DNA of 64,000 nt. It comes from the human T2T-CHM13v2.0 reference genome, Homo sapiens. Position 1 is the first letter of the stretch; each line of letters opens with the position of its first letter. This document shows, in pieces, positions 31,571 to 47,689 of the stretch. The stretch is taken from assembly GCF_009914755.1 (NCBI RefSeq), contig NC_060931.1, one strand, 5' to 3'. Under the pieces are notes generated by a model. It searched no databases. It saw nothing but the letters and a program-made list of their open reading frames with translations, and was not told where the DNA came from. The position numbers and the translations under genes are program-made.

Positions 31571-34500
31571 CATTGTTTCAAAGAGGAGGCTTTTGTCTTT
31601 TAAATAATATACGGAATGCATGAGGAATGCACTTAGCACATGTTATTATCATCCAAATAACATAATATATAATCAATACATTATATTATCATTAATAATT
31701 ATTACCAGAATTATTATTATTACAAATAATTAATCACAAAGATGATCTAATTCGACTAAAAATCACACAAGAACTAATAATGAAGGAAATGGATGGGCAG
31801 GCCAAGGCTCTGACTCTGTTTCCAACCCTTGGTTACTGATTTACTAGTTTACAAACTTGGGTTTAGTTTTCCCCTGAACTTCCTGTAGAGATGGCCCCTC
31901 AAGTCTTTGGGTAATCTGGTTTGGAGATCTTCAGCTAAAACTCCAAGAGTGTGCTATTTGTGTAACTGACATGTAAGTTTCTGAATATTAAAATAGACTT
32001 GAAAAGGGAATTTCAAATCTTAATCAGTCCAAAAAATAGAAAGAATTTAAGCATTATCAAGCAGACTTTCAGATGTAGTTTTCAGTTGTTTCTGCACGCA
32101 ACTCCAGAAAGGAAATTGTGTTTCTTAGAGCATCCATCTAAGACAAAAGATTTAGCAACCATCCTAATGAAAGCCCAGCAGGACAGATGTTTTGCAGGCA
32201 TTATTTAAGTATGAAGGCTGACAAACTTACCATGGGCGATATCTGAATGTTATGTCCACGCACCATCAAGCCACAGAATTGACTGTATTTGGTACTGAGT
32301 GGGAAGGATGTTCAGGTCACGTGTGGACACAACCACACCAGCCATGACAGGATCAATGCCGTGTGGCTGGATTGTGACTTCGCAGCAGCCTCTCTCTACG
32401 TCTCTCCAACCACAGCCATAGGAAAGGACACAGGGAAATTGAAAAGCTGTTTGCTCCTAACCGTGCTTTTATGGACTGAATTTGGGAGCTGCCAGAGCAA
32501 CACGTAGGATTTTGGTTTATTTGTATTTTTTGGTTTGTGTGTATGTTTATTTGCTTTTTAACCAGAGCAATTTTTTGGGTGTCACCTGTGAAGAAATGGG
32601 AGGATTAAGAGCTTTATCTGAAGTGTTTTTCTCCCCACTAGAGAACACACTGCCATTATAAGAAGTATTTTTATCAGCTGCATGCTTTCGCTTGCAAGTG
32701 TTTGCGTAGCTGTTAATGTTAAAAACAGAAGCCGTGGCATCCATTTTAAGTCTCAGGGATAAGAGAAAAAAAATGTTTCCCTTGTTTAGAAGGCTCCAGT
32801 GTTTCCCGGCAGTACCCGAATAGGATGTTTGTTTTAGGCTGAGAGAAGGAATGGCAGGCAGGCAGCAAGTGAACTTTTCATTTATAAAACACGGCTTTTT
32901 TATAAAGTGTGCCAGATCGTTAATAACCAGTGAAGGATGGACTCAGGAAGCCTCAGAGCACATATTTTTGGAATGAAGCTGAAGACTTCATTACTATTCT
33001 AGAGGAATATTGTTCCCATGAAGTTTTCCATGGGCATAAAATCTAACCCATAGTCCCTTCTAAACATCTTGAGGCACTGCAGGCTCTAAGATAGCTCACA
33101 GAACCTGATTGATTATCATTTGAGAAAAGACTTTCTTTCTCCACCTCAGTATAGAAATCAGTTATCGTGCTTTTGCTTTGTTGTTAATCCCTTCCCATTT
33201 AGTCCATCGTGATTCTCTAATTTCATAGATGGGGGTAAAATGCTGAAAATTCATTTCTTCGGAAATTGTTTAGCTTTAGTAACAGAGAGTGTGCCATATT
33301 TATTTTAACATCTTTAGACCTACTTCAGCTTGACAAAGTGTATCAGTCTATGCCAGAGGCCTTTCAAATTTCAGTTTAGTCTGTCTAAAACAGGTTTATA
33401 CCTAGGGGCCCATGCCCATGGTTAGAAAAAAACACAAAGTTGACACTTTTGGCTAGAGAGGGATGGAAGGAGAGAAGAAGGGGAATTTTTCATTGCCTAA
33501 TACACCAATGTAACGCGAGTGGTCCCAGGAGCTGCTGGAAGATGGACCCCCCAATACCTAGACCTGAGCAGGGGATAAAAAAGAGAAAAGAAAAGAAACA
33601 AAATTTTGCTAACTGACTAATTTGGGAAGTGTGTTGGGAGGTAGAAGGTAGGCATGTCAAAGAAAAGAAAACTGCAGGGCTGGGGGGAAGTAGGGAAGAT
33701 TGCTCTTGTTTTATACAAAATCTCCTGAGGAGAGGCAAGAAAACAGGCAAGTAATAAATAACATACTCAAGTTTATCCTGAGCCCAAACAACCCTCAGGG
33801 CTGAGGCTCTGCAGACCGCCTTCCCTGCCAGACCCACTGCCACTCATCTGCGGCAAGGGGATGCCTTTCCTGCCTGAACACCCAGGCCTTCAGCCCTGGG
33901 TAAAAATATCTGTATTGGTATTTTGTAGCTTTTTCTCCTGCACGCTGATAAAAACAAACCCCGTTTGTTTAAAAATCAACTTCCCCACTCCCTCCGCCCT
34001 ATTTCCACTCTACTCTCATCCTTTTCCAATTTTTTTTTGAAACCCCTTAAAGGAAATGTCACCCAAACATAAGGAATTGGTCATTAGTATGTCTAATGGT
34101 GGACATTTTTTATGTAACGCTCTGAATCTATAGTGAACAAAAGCAACTGTTGAGAACTCTGCAAAAAAACTGCCCAGCAATTTTAAGTTAATGGGCAAGA
34201 TTAATGGATTGTCATATAATGTGAAGGGAAAGTATTAGAAAGAAATGAAAGTGGCTAGACAAAATTGGTTTGGAATTGGAGTCTACCTGAAGGCCCCTCA
34301 GCAAGAACATTACTGTCTGCTGTATTTTCAGCTAAGCAGTGTATTAATTTGAAAGCCATGCCTCGTACGGATACCCAGCACTTAGTGGTTGGTTTTATGT
34401 TTAAAATGCTTAGTATGAAACCTGTGCTGAAAATTTGCCCAAACATCTCACAGTTGATTGCAAACCCGAGTGCCTGGGGGCTCTGAGTCCACACTTCAAG

Positions 34501-37127
34501 AATGCTGGAGTGGGGGGACTTTCTGGCTCCACACCTGGGTTTGTCAAGGCCTCTTCGGGCTGCTGGGAATGTGCCCTGCCTGGGGCCCGCTGCTCTCCTC
34601 ATCAGCCCTCTGACAGATTAAAACACAACAGGGTCTGTTGCCTGACTGACACATTCCTCTCCTGTCTGCCTCTGAAAGGACTTTATTTAACAGTCCTGGA
34701 GTCGGGCTTTGACTGACAGATTGTGAAGGGTAAAAGTCATTCAGTTCCATTAAGCTCTGTAACTGCCCTGGAACAAAACACCTTCCAAAAAAAGTGTCGG
34801 GGGGAGGGGAAAATAGAGCTGTGGAGAGTGGGGGCATGAGCTTTCGGGAGAAAAAAAGGGGGTTTCTTTTCAGGTTCAAAAACAATCCTCCTCTTTGCCT
34901 TCTGTCTATCAATTAGGGCGGCATTCCCAGAGGGAGTACAGGCCCGGCCTCATTGGTGTCATTCAGCTGCCAATCTCCTGACAGAGACACCAAAGGGCCT
35001 CATGTAGCGCTGCGGAAACTGTCTGTCAGGCCATCAGCAGCTGCTATGACGACATCGCCTCTGTTTTTCTAGGACTCTTATGGAGCGGGGAGTTCACCCC
35101 AACAGAGTCTCAGAGTCTCGACTCCAAACCTCTGTTCATATTTTCCTTTTACAACCCATCCCCAGTGTGAATTTCTTCACAAAAACAACCCCCGGCTCCC
35201 TTGCCTGGCTCGGCTACGAGGTAAATAATAACTTGCCAGCCAAGGACATGGTCTTGGGTGTGAGAAAGGGGTTCTGCTTCTGGGAAAAACCGAGTCGTGA
35301 CTGAAGACATTCAACGACTCTGGCTCAGATGAGTCCAAAGAAACCCGATTTGCAGTGAAAGGTCTCCATCCACCGAAAGGCCTGCACAGGCCGCGTGTGA
35401 AGAGCAGTGTGGCCCCACAGACGGCCTCCTGCTCAGCCTTAACCTTGTTTGGGTTGCTGTGGGTTTCATTCCCCTGGAGTTTTGCTTGGAGCCTGAAGGC
35501 TCAAGCACAGCTCAACACTTTAAGCCAAACTCAGCACCAAGCAACCACTTCCCACTGCTCTGTTTTTCTGCCTTGCTCCCCGCTTTCCCCAAGGCCTGAC
35601 TTACACGGCTGCCTTGAGTTTGCCCCAAAGATTCCTCAGCCTCAGCTGATCACACAGAAGACCCAAGAGTACAAAGGAAGGGCCCGTTTACCCGAGCTTT
35701 CTGGCTGGACTGGGGAAAATATCTTTACCCCCTCCCTGCCCTCAACTCCCTCCTGTCCACTCCAGATTCTGCCTAAGACTTGGGGAGGCAGATCCGGGCC
35801 ACCAATGGCCACCTGCAAAGATAGTGGTTGTCTCTGCATTCTGTAAAGGCTGTGTTTGTGATTCCTGGCATTTCCCTGGAAGTGTTTTCACATTACAGGG
35901 AGCTGCTTCCAAATGGTAATGATAGCACTTTGTACCAAACTGAGAGCTGGAGCAAGTTGCTGCCAAGCCCCCATGGTCGGGCCATCGTGTTGCAACGCTT
36001 CTGCTTCTATTACAGTTCTTCACATGTTCCACCCGAACCGTACAAAATGTTTAGCCAAACCCTGTAAGAACATGTACATAAAGCTGTCTCCATGCTGCCA
36101 AGGTGGTAAAGTCGATCTTTTTTCTTCCTTAAGTCTGAAAGCTCTGCTAAGGTCCAACACTTCCTGAGCATAAACTCCATCTGGGGTGGCTAAAATCTGT
36201 CTACAGGGCAATATACTGATTTTAGACACCCAGATGCTGGGCCTTGGATATGCACTACCTAAATGAAGACACTGCCTGGGGAAATTCAGAATTAACTAGA
36301 TTTTTGGCACTGGGAGTATATGCAGAGAGGAGCAAATGGACAGGATGATGCGAGGGAGAGAGAGGTTGATGTGATTGTCACCTTCCTGCTCTGCAGCCTC
36401 AGGAAGACACACTCAGAAGCCAGCCCTTTGCCATCTGCATGGATAGAAATGGCAGCAGTCATGGGAGGCACTGATAGTTCACTAATGAGTGAATATTTCC
36501 ACATTGCTTTGCAGGTCTTTGGTTATTGCAGCACATTTTCATTACTGAAGCAGAGAAGAAACCAACCTAAGGAATTGGGCAGGCCACCAGGGATATACAC
36601 AAAGTGCTCTCACCTCCTGGGGCATCACCAAAAAGAGACTTTAGTCGCTGGATCAAAGGCTATTGGGAACATTTCACTCAGGATGAATTATCTTGAAAAC
36701 ACCACCTGGAGTAGCCCCAAATAAGCAGATGCTTTGGAGCTCCTGGATGCTGAGTGGTGGCACAGATTCCCATCCTGGGGCTCCGTGTCACCATCCAATG
36801 TCTGGTAACCCCATCCATTCCCTTTGTATCTTCCACAAAGACTTCAGATCCTCACACTTCAGGCCTTCCAAAAGCTTCTCAATTGAAGGCCCAATAGTCT
36901 AAGATCTGAATATTGAATTGCCTTTGCTGGAAAGACAACTGTCTTTGTTTACTGCTTTCTCAAGCAATTCCTGGCTGTTTATGCCACCTGAGATTCTACA
37001 TAGTTCTCTCTGGCCTTGTGTTCCAACATCTATTATATTAGGTACTGTGCCTCTCCTGTTTTTCTTTCCATTGTGCTAGGGAAGAATTAAAGGGTCCTTT
37101 GAGCCCTCAAGACAGTGATGTGTATAG

Positions 37128-37449
<322 letters not shown>

Positions 37450-40400
37450 CTTGGTTGAATTTTTATCCTTACAGTATTTCCCCTTGACTGGTTACGTTGT
37501 GGGTAATCTTCAACCAAACCTGTTACAGTTTAATTTTAGCTAAATAAATAGTTCCTACTATTTAGTAAATATATGTAAGTTTAGACAATTTGTACTTATT
37601 TCTGTGAGTAGATTCCCCCCCACTGTAAGTTAGCTTAATCCTAATTAATCTTAATTAACATTACTCAGGTTCGTATTATAGCAATAAAATACATCATAAG
37701 CACCACCATTCCATCTTTTCATTTCATTCATGCAAACTATGAGGCCAAGAAAGACATGCTTGCCATGCACCTCCCCAACTCAGGAAAATTCTAATTCACA
37801 AATATAAATACATAACATGCCACTTGGTGTTGGTGTTACAACTTTTAGTCCATCTCCAGAATGAGATAGAAAGTAAGGACTTGAATGATCACCTAGCATC
37901 CCCATGGACACAAATCCTATGAGGATGGCGCCAATATGTTCCTCAGAATGTTATGAATTTCTAAAATGTCACATATGCCCATGTGCAAAGATCTATAAAA
38001 CTTCATTATTGTTACAATTATGCACCATTTTCTGTTAGCCACACAAAGAAATCTCTTGATAAAACAAAAATAACTTTGAAGGACATGGTATACAGAAAGT
38101 GTCAGAATAACCAAAATGATTGACTGAAAAAAATCCAATATATCATCCTTAAATAACAAAACTACACAGATGAGAAGTGTGTTCTTGGCACATCAAGGAA
38201 GCATTTGGAAGAGCTCATTTGAATAGATGAATGGAATTGATCTATTAAAAGCACAGAGACAGCTGTCAGACCTCAAAACAGTAATGAGGCTAAATTTTCC
38301 CAAGTTAAGACTTTGATCCTCAGCAATGATCTTAGACTTGTGATCAAAGATACCCAGGCACTTTAATCTTCACTTTACTTTCCTAAATCCCATGGATTAT
38401 AATATCATGACTTTACAAGAATAATCACTATACAGGAGAAGACTGGCTTTTTAAAAAGGAACTCAGCTAAGAGAAGCCAAGCTAAAGGTGAAGTTACCTC
38501 TGGTTAGGAATGTGGAGTACCCAGTGCCCTCTTAATAACAGTGGAGACTATAAATCTAATCCAAATATTTATGAAGTACCTTGTTTCTTTTATATGACTG
38601 GCTGGTTTACAAAATGTTGTGCCCTTTAACCTCCAAACTCTTGTGTTGTTCTTAAATATAGAAGGAGAAGGAATGGAAGGAAAAAACAGAGAGAATAAAG
38701 GAAAAGATGAGAAATAAAGATGGTTATGCCTGTCTCTCAGGTTACTAAGGATCATCTTTGAAAGGTCCATTCATCCACTGGGTTGAGAAAGCCACTGAGC
38801 CCAAAGGTGGGTCAGAGCAGCACCCAGAGAGTGCTGAGCCAGCCACAGATGACTTTTCTCAAGATGTTGACATCTGATTAATGCTTAAACAAAGCAATGA
38901 GAAAAAGTTTTAACTTTTTCACAAATGAAATTGGTATCATGGTGCCTCCATAGCCTGAAGGAATGAATTGTCAAACGAATTCTGTTTCATAATCTTTTTT
39001 TCTAACTTTTAAGCTTTATTGCCTTTTATGCATTTAGAAACTGACATCATTTATACTAAAATGTGGTTAGCCTTTTGTGAAGAAGCAAATTCTCACTCGA
39101 CACAGTGACTTCAGCCATCCTAGGAAAACATGCCTCTAATCAGGACTGAAAGCCTAGCACCATTTGTGTGTTGAAAATGAACGTATTTCACTGAATTTCA
39201 TGGTATTTTTTATTATAACTTTAACAGGAGTGGGCGTTAAGAATCTTTGACAGAAGATCTTTGTTTTAGAAGGTTGCTCCAAGGTCCAAACCTCAGTTTT
39301 CTTGCCTCACAGGCATTCATTTCTTTATCTACTGATGCTAAGTTCACAATTCTTATTCCTTTCCAGACCCTCCTCCTCTTTCCTGGGAAAGATGCTTTTT
39401 GAAATATCCAAGTTTCTTCAAAGACTCTGGAAATAAAGAACTAAGAGAGAAGCTAGCTCATTCTGGTTTCTATTTGTTCCACACAACTTGAGAATATTTT
39501 AAATGCCCAATTTTCTGTAAGAATTGATTAATACCTGACCTGTTTCCTAGTCTTGGTAGTTAAATATGTGAATGTGGAATTCTTACTGTGAATGTTGAGC
39601 GGTGATAATGGTGTAAGCTACAAACTCATGACACTGAAAGATGCCACTCCTTTCTTCCTAACAGTCTTGTACACCTTGGCCAAGTCACTGTCATCTCCAA
39701 TTCCTATCCATATAACATGAATAATATTTCATCTCAGTTGTGCCATGATAAAATGTACTTGTAGCCTATTGTTGAGTTCCTGGGAATGATCTTCCATGAA
39801 GCCTTAGTCTTTCTTCTTGTTTCTTCTATGATTTAGGCCACAGGGAAAATCAAAATCCAAGGTGGGAGCCAACCAAGAACCTAAAACCAACTTCTCCATT
39901 CTGACATGTTTGTAAACATCAAGTAAATTAAATTTTTTCTTCAGTTCTTTTAGATGTACATTTCACCAAAACTGAGATTTTTCTGCTTTAAATGCTTATC
40001 TAATTGGCTATTTTTCTGTAACGGTTCACCACTCATGTACTCTTAAATGGGTTCAAAAAACATAGTGTGCCCTTAATATTGGCTTGACATTTCCAGTTCT
40101 GGTGGCTAATGTGCAGAAGTGGCTTCTGTGCTAGGTTGATGCATTGCCTTTTCTAGACAAATGTACTTCGTGACATCTGACAACAGTAACATGATTAAAC
40201 CATTGTAACCTGAGTGTCAGTTCCTCAGGGGTGCTTTAAAAATACTTGAGAGTAGGATCTTACATGTAACAGAAGAATGCAAGCCCACACTCGCCCGACT
40301 GTAACTATCAACTACCACACACAGAAAAGACCAAAAACAAATAAAGCTTTCCTTTTAGGTTCGGTTTAGAACATATCCCAGTACCAAAATTTGTTTTGTA

Positions 40401-41219
40401 TTACAGTCCTCTTTATTACTGGTTTTCTATACCTATTAGGGTATAATTTCAAATTAATTTCAATTTAAATTCAAATTAAAAAAATAAAAATAAAAAACTC
40501 ATTTGAAACAAATACAAAGCAATAGCAAGGCGTCACTTTGAAATCATTATGACACCGAGGCACAAAAATGTCCACTTACTAATTAACCTTACGTTCGTGT
40601 TTATAGTACACTTCTGGGCAAATCTAAAAGGTTTTATTTATAATTATGGCATTTCCCCTATTGTGAAAAGTGTATTATCTTTACTATAACTTCATTTTCA
40701 TCTCCATTAGTTAAAAAGCAAAGGAATGTGGCACAGAAGGCAAAATATTTTAAGACATGGAATCAACTGTTTAAAAATACATACCCACTAACTCCAGTAG
40801 CATTTATAACAACATAATGGCAAGATTCTAGTAACTTGTCTTTGGCTGTTTTCAGAGGTCCAATGTGAAATGGAAACATTGAGTTCAATTATGCAGCTAT
40901 TTTAGGTTTGGTTGCTTGGCTTGAATGATTAGGATAATTGTCCCAATTATTCTCTGTACTTTGTGTGTGCAGACCCAGACCTAAAATGTGATTGGGTGTA
41001 GAGTATCTGATGGGAAGACAGAAAACCTGGATTCTGTGTTTCAATGGATCCATGATTAAGCCTGTAATTTTGAACAGTTGCATCCTCTATGTGCCTCAGT
41101 TTATCCATCTTACAGAGAAATAGAAATGCTATTTTATCAGAGCAAATCAAGATGATTGAACTTAAAAATTTTTTCAGCAGCTTTTAGAGAAAATGTCATA
41201 TGAAAACAAAATAATCCTA

Positions 41220-41761
41220 TGTTAGCCCAGTTCTCCTAGAAAACAGAGCTGAAGCAGGAATTCCATCCCAGTGCTTTCTATGGGAGGTGCAATCCCAGAG
41301 CAATTAAAGTGAAAGAAAGAGAAGTGAAGCAGGGAAGGATAAAAAGCAATGCAAAGTGATGCATGAATATGCTGGCCATTACTTCACAATGGGCCTAAAG
41401 AGACGCAGGATTCCACTGAGGAAGGAAGGAGAGGGAATTGGTCCTCCAGGTTCCCTCCCATCTCCTGTTTGCCATTGATCAAAACACATACCACAGGGAA
41501 TTATGTCCCTACACTTCCAGGTTGCAGCATCTGGCCCCTCTGACAGAGCCGATGCCCTGCCGAGTGTCATTTCATCAAGTTTGGGAGAATGTGGGAGAAC
41601 CCGGGAGCTCAGGTGTGTTAACCAAATGGCATCAGGCTGTAGAAAGACATGGGTCCCCACAGAGTTTCAACACAGCAGGAGCTGAGTAGGGTGAGCAGCT
41701 GAGAGCCTGGGGACAGAGCTGAGAGAGGCTGAGGAGGCTCATCAGAGGCATGCAATGCACA
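41220..41761 (-). mobile_element. ERVL solo LTR, LTR33-like
   Basis: ctagaaaacagagctgaagcagg...tgggaggtgcaatcccagag...gaagtgaagcagggaagg resembles reversed LTR33 3' end; ends approximate. Confidence 0.55.
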
Positions 41762-42048
41762 CGTGGTTAGCCAGTTGGCTCCCTGTTATAATTACAGATT
41801 TGGTATATCAATAAGTTACCCAAGAGTTACCAAAGTGCCAATCAATTTGCCTAAGTCCACTGGCCCAAACCAAAAACTTTGCAATTTCTGACTTTGAACA
41901 GCTAAGTTGGAATATTTTCTCTAAATAAATGATTTAAATGGAAAGGATAAAACGCTAAAAACATAGATGATTCCCAACCTTTCTAGAACAACCATGTCAC
42001 TAATAGGGGACAGCATGGAAGAGACAGCACCGCACTAAGAATTCAGCC

Positions 42049-42180
42049 CACATTTTCCTTAACAAACTAACACAGGAACAGAAAACCAAATACCGCATGT
42101 TCTCACTTATAAGTGGGAGCTAAATGATGAGAACACATGGACATAAGAGGGGAACAACACACACAGGGGCCTACTTGAGA
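42049..42180 (+). mobile_element. Internal fragment of an older primate L1 (L1PA10-16/L1PB-type ORF2 end and 3'UTR)
   Basis: caaactaacacaggaacagaaaaccaaataccgcatgttctcacttataagtgggagctaaatgatgagaacacatggac; no poly-A. Confidence 0.85.
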
Positions 42181-42192
42181 AGATCATGAGCC

Positions 42193-43216
<1,024 letters not shown>

Positions 43217-43267
43217 TCAGACGTTGTTCTTCTACAGGAAAACTCAAGTTCTAGGCAGAGAGGGCAA

Positions 43268-43760
43268 TGGTTTTTTTTCTGCATTACCCAGCATCCATTC
43301 TTCCTTCTTCTAATAATGGTTCCCCAAATATCATTTGCGGACCTATCCTCCTCCTAGTCTCAGTCATTACAGTTTAGATAGGACAGACTCCATGCACAGC
43401 TTCATAGGCATCTACCCTAGGCCCAGCCAATCAGAGCCACAAGATTGGTTCAGGAGTGCTTCTGAGCCCATCTCAACCAGTCTGGCAGAGAGAAGGTCCT
43501 CTTTTTCCCCTCTGGATTTGGAGCTGTGACAATCTATGTCTAGGCTAGTGGCAGCCACTTGTCCTCACCAGTTAAAGCATGCCAGAACGATGGAGCCAGT
43601 GTAGAGGAAGGTGGGACTGAGAAATGGAGAGACTGGAGCCAACTAAACATTTGGTTACTGAGTCAATAGCGTCCTTTTTTTTGTTTGTTTGTTTGTTTTG
43701 ATGAAAATAATTTGAGCTGAGTTTTCAGTACTTGCAGCAGAAAGACTCTGACCTGATACA
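43268..43760 (+). mobile_element. MaLR solo LTR (MLT1K/L-like)
   Basis: cccagcatccattcttccttc...ggcccagccaatcagagccacaagattggttcagg...gtacttgcagcagaaagactctgacctgataca. Confidence 0.7.
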
Positions 43761-44899
43761 GAGGGATAGATACACAGGTAATCACAATGCAATGTGATAA
43801 ATCTTAATGTGAAAAGAAAAATAAAGTGCTTTGGGAGTTGTGGACAGTCAGTGTTGCTTCTTTGGTTCTTCGTTGGTAAAATGGCTCACCTGCCTAGATA
43901 ACAATTAAAGTGCCCCCCAACCTGACCCTATGCCCACATAATCTATCATTCAGGGAAGCTTTGGCTCGTTAGGGCGTCTCTCCTGGTATCCAGAACTGCT
44001 GCACAGGGAATATGCATGTTCACAGCCATCTGTTTACTAGTAAAGCAGTGCTGATTCCTCTGCCTCCTTAAAGATTCCATCGCATTATTAACATGGTAGG
44101 TCACTGGTTGGAAATGCAAACGCATAGCCAATTAGTGGAAGACAAGGTGAGCTTGCCAATTGATAATCACCACACCACCTGTTGCGCTTTGAAAAATTAC
44201 CTCACAACATTCTTGGGTCCTTAGGTAAATCCTTAAACTTCATCCTGAAGAAAATGAATCACATATGTGTCTTCCTCGCCATGGGATATGCATTGGTCCA
44301 CGTGAAGCATTGTAGCTGTTCTATACAAACATGAAAAGCATTTGAATACAGGGGATAATGGGCATCATAAAAGGGGTAATAAAAAGCAGAGTTCCTGGAG
44401 TTGTCTCACCTAGCAGTGGACTCTATTCTGGGATTCCTTTCCTGTAGCGTCTACAATTATGTTATTATAAATAGGCACAGAGTTTATTCATAAAATGGCT
44501 TGGTTTCCTTCCCTCAACCGGTAGACCCTTCAACCAGGGACAGGGGATCCTCCACACACTGGGTGTCATGTGGTCAAAGGGGGCTTCTGCCCCTCGCTCT
44601 GCAGGCTGACTGCACATTTCAGATGCAGTGGAAATAAAAACTGCTGCTGCCAGTGTTGCTCTCAACTGAGATAACTGACCTCTAACCACCCACATATTCC
44701 ACCCTCTCAGTGCATCCATCATTCTGGTCATTAGACAGTAACACTGTTATCCAGGTAGCTACAGTCACAACTGAGAGTGTCCTTTAATGCATTCCCAGTA
44801 TAGACTCACACAATGTGACTGACATGACTACCCTGAAAAACAAAAAACAGGTACCTTACTTGTACCTTGGCTCTGAGGCTGGGGGAGCAAGCTTCTACA

Positions 44900-45117
44900 T
44901 GAGCCCCTGTTAGAAGCCAGGTACTGTGTCAAGTATTCCACATGCATTATCTTGTTTTATTCTCACGATAGTCCTATAACATAAATACTCTAGTATCACT
45001 GCTTTACAAAGAAGAGACTGAGGCACACAGACGTTAGTCAACTTGTCCAAGATCACATAGCTAACAAGTAGCAGAACCTGACTTCTAACCTGGAGGCTGC
45101 ATTCTTGCCATTATGCT
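44900..45117 (-). mobile_element. MIR SINE
   Basis: gccaggtactgtgtcaagt...gagactgaggcacacagacgttagtcaacttgtccaagatcacatagctaacaagtagcagaac. Confidence 0.8.
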
Positions 45118-45391
45118 CAACTTCCTTCCCCTAGCTCTTCCTCTTTCTCCACGGAGGATGCATGTCAGTCCTGCATTCATTCCTACAGCACACCCAGGTT
45201 TTTTCACTTGATAGATTTTCTCCCACAACCCCATTCACAACTCATCATCCTCCCTAACCCAGAGATTAAAAAGTCACCAATAAGACAATGTGCTTGTAAC
45301 TAAGCTAACAGTGTTATTCCCAGTGTATTACTGGGAATATACAAAAGTCCTATGTGTGTATCATTAAGCAGATATTATATATATGGAGCCT

Positions 45392-45393
<2 letters not shown>

Positions 45394-45430
<37 letters not shown>

Positions 45431-45433
45431 CAT
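45394..45433. repeat. (GT)n(GC)n alternating purine-pyrimidine microsatellite
   Basis: Read directly. Confidence 0.92.
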
Positions 45434-45757
45434 TTGGGTAGATTTAATACATTGAATCCTCTCAAAAAAAGACCTTGGAAGAATGCTTCTCCAACCAACA
45501 AATGTTTATTGCCTATCTCCTATGAGATTACTAGATGCTTAGAGCAATCTTGACATTGTAGACATGTAAACAAGTAACTCCAAATAGAGGGGAGGATAAA
45601 CAAACTCTCTAAAAGTTTTATCAGCCAAATCCTTTGGTGGCAAAGTGGAAGAACTTGAAGTATAGGTAAGGGTTTTGAAGGAAGCAGCATTTTGATTAAG
45701 CCTCGAAGACTGAGAAAAATTTTGGTAAGTATAGAAGGGGAAGAAAAAAAAATCCAA

Positions 45758-46484
<727 letters not shown>

Positions 46485-46920
46485 AGAAGAAAGAAATGGC
46501 TGTTTTATCTGAGGTTGAAAGGATATAAATTTGAGGATGTTAGCAGTTATCTTTCCCATTTTCTAGAAAGATGTTGTCTGTAAAATGAAGCTATGACAAT
46601 GAAGAACCGGGAACCAAGATATAGCAAAAGACAGAGAGAGCCCTGAGAGCATTATGTGATCCCCTGGACCCACCTACACCTGAAGCTCTAGATCCTTCCT
46701 TGGACTTTTCAGTTACATGAGTCATTCAATGCCCTTTTGCCTTGAGCTAGTTTGAGCTAAAAAAGTCCTGGCTAGTACAGCTGTGAGTGTTATGCTGAAG
46801 AGTTTGGACTGATTGATATAGGACTGGAAAGCCTCTGAAAGTCCCCCATTCTTAAGTGGTTAGAGAACAGAGACACAGAGTGGACAGAAAGACTATGAAG
46901 AGATTAAAACCTCTTATCTT

Positions 46921-47090
46921 CAGCCTCCTAAATTCACATGTCACAAGATGAACCCTTACCAAATAGGAGCTACTCAGGGCTGGGAAAAACTTCAAGTGGG
47001 CACCTGGTCTTCCAGCATAAGAGGACATATAAGCCCAACAACATGCCTCCGTGGAGCTGGAAGGGTCTGCTTGTGGGGTAACTTCTTACC
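46921..47090 (+). repeat. Old ~170-bp direct repeat, copy A
   Basis: 63/74 and 58/72 ungapped identities to 47709-47782 and 48111-48182. Confidence 0.9.
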
Positions 47091-47689
47091 ATGCCAACAG
47101 GACCTTCCAATCCATCATGTAAGTTAAGCCAATAATACTACAGCCACAATAGAATGACATACTTTGCTAGCCAAAGCAAGATCCACACAAAACAATGACG
47201 AGTTTGAGCTAGAAATTATTCCCAATATTGTTAGCAAAATCTGGATAGTAGATGTCTCACCCCAGAGGGTGATAATACCTCAAGAGGAGCAGGTGATTTC
47301 TAAGGTCAAGGAACAAGGCCTGAAACAGCATTACTGTAGCAAATGTGAAGGGTCTGGTTACCTCCCTGTCTGAAACCCAAGACGTTTGGAGGAAAAGAGG
47401 TGCTGAAATATCTGCAGTTGGTGGTGACACCTGAGAACCTGGGTGATCCTACCTCCCTACATACAAGGGCAGGGATCATGCCTTTTGCTTCAAATAGCTT
47501 TGAACCTTCTGGCCCCCTTCCAGCCCTGATTCTATCTCAGAGAAAAAAGAAAACCACTTTGCTCTTAGGCCCAAGGCCAGGGCATCAGGTTATTTGTCAC
47601 TTTGAAAGTAACCTAAGATGAACCTTATTTTTCCTGAAGTAAAACCCAAATTAAAATGACCCCTAGGTGTACTAAATAAGGAGACTTCT

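Noticed and set aside
32231-32294. Possible 64-bp minus-strand exon (ccttcccactcAG ... ATG/GTAAGT)
   Set aside because: Good donor but no partner exons or recognisable peptide; such pseudo-exons are frequent. RNA-seq would be needed.
35355-35846. 163-aa ORF, the longest non-L1 ORF
   Set aside because: GTG start, P/S/L-rich composition typical of random frames, no recognisable domain.
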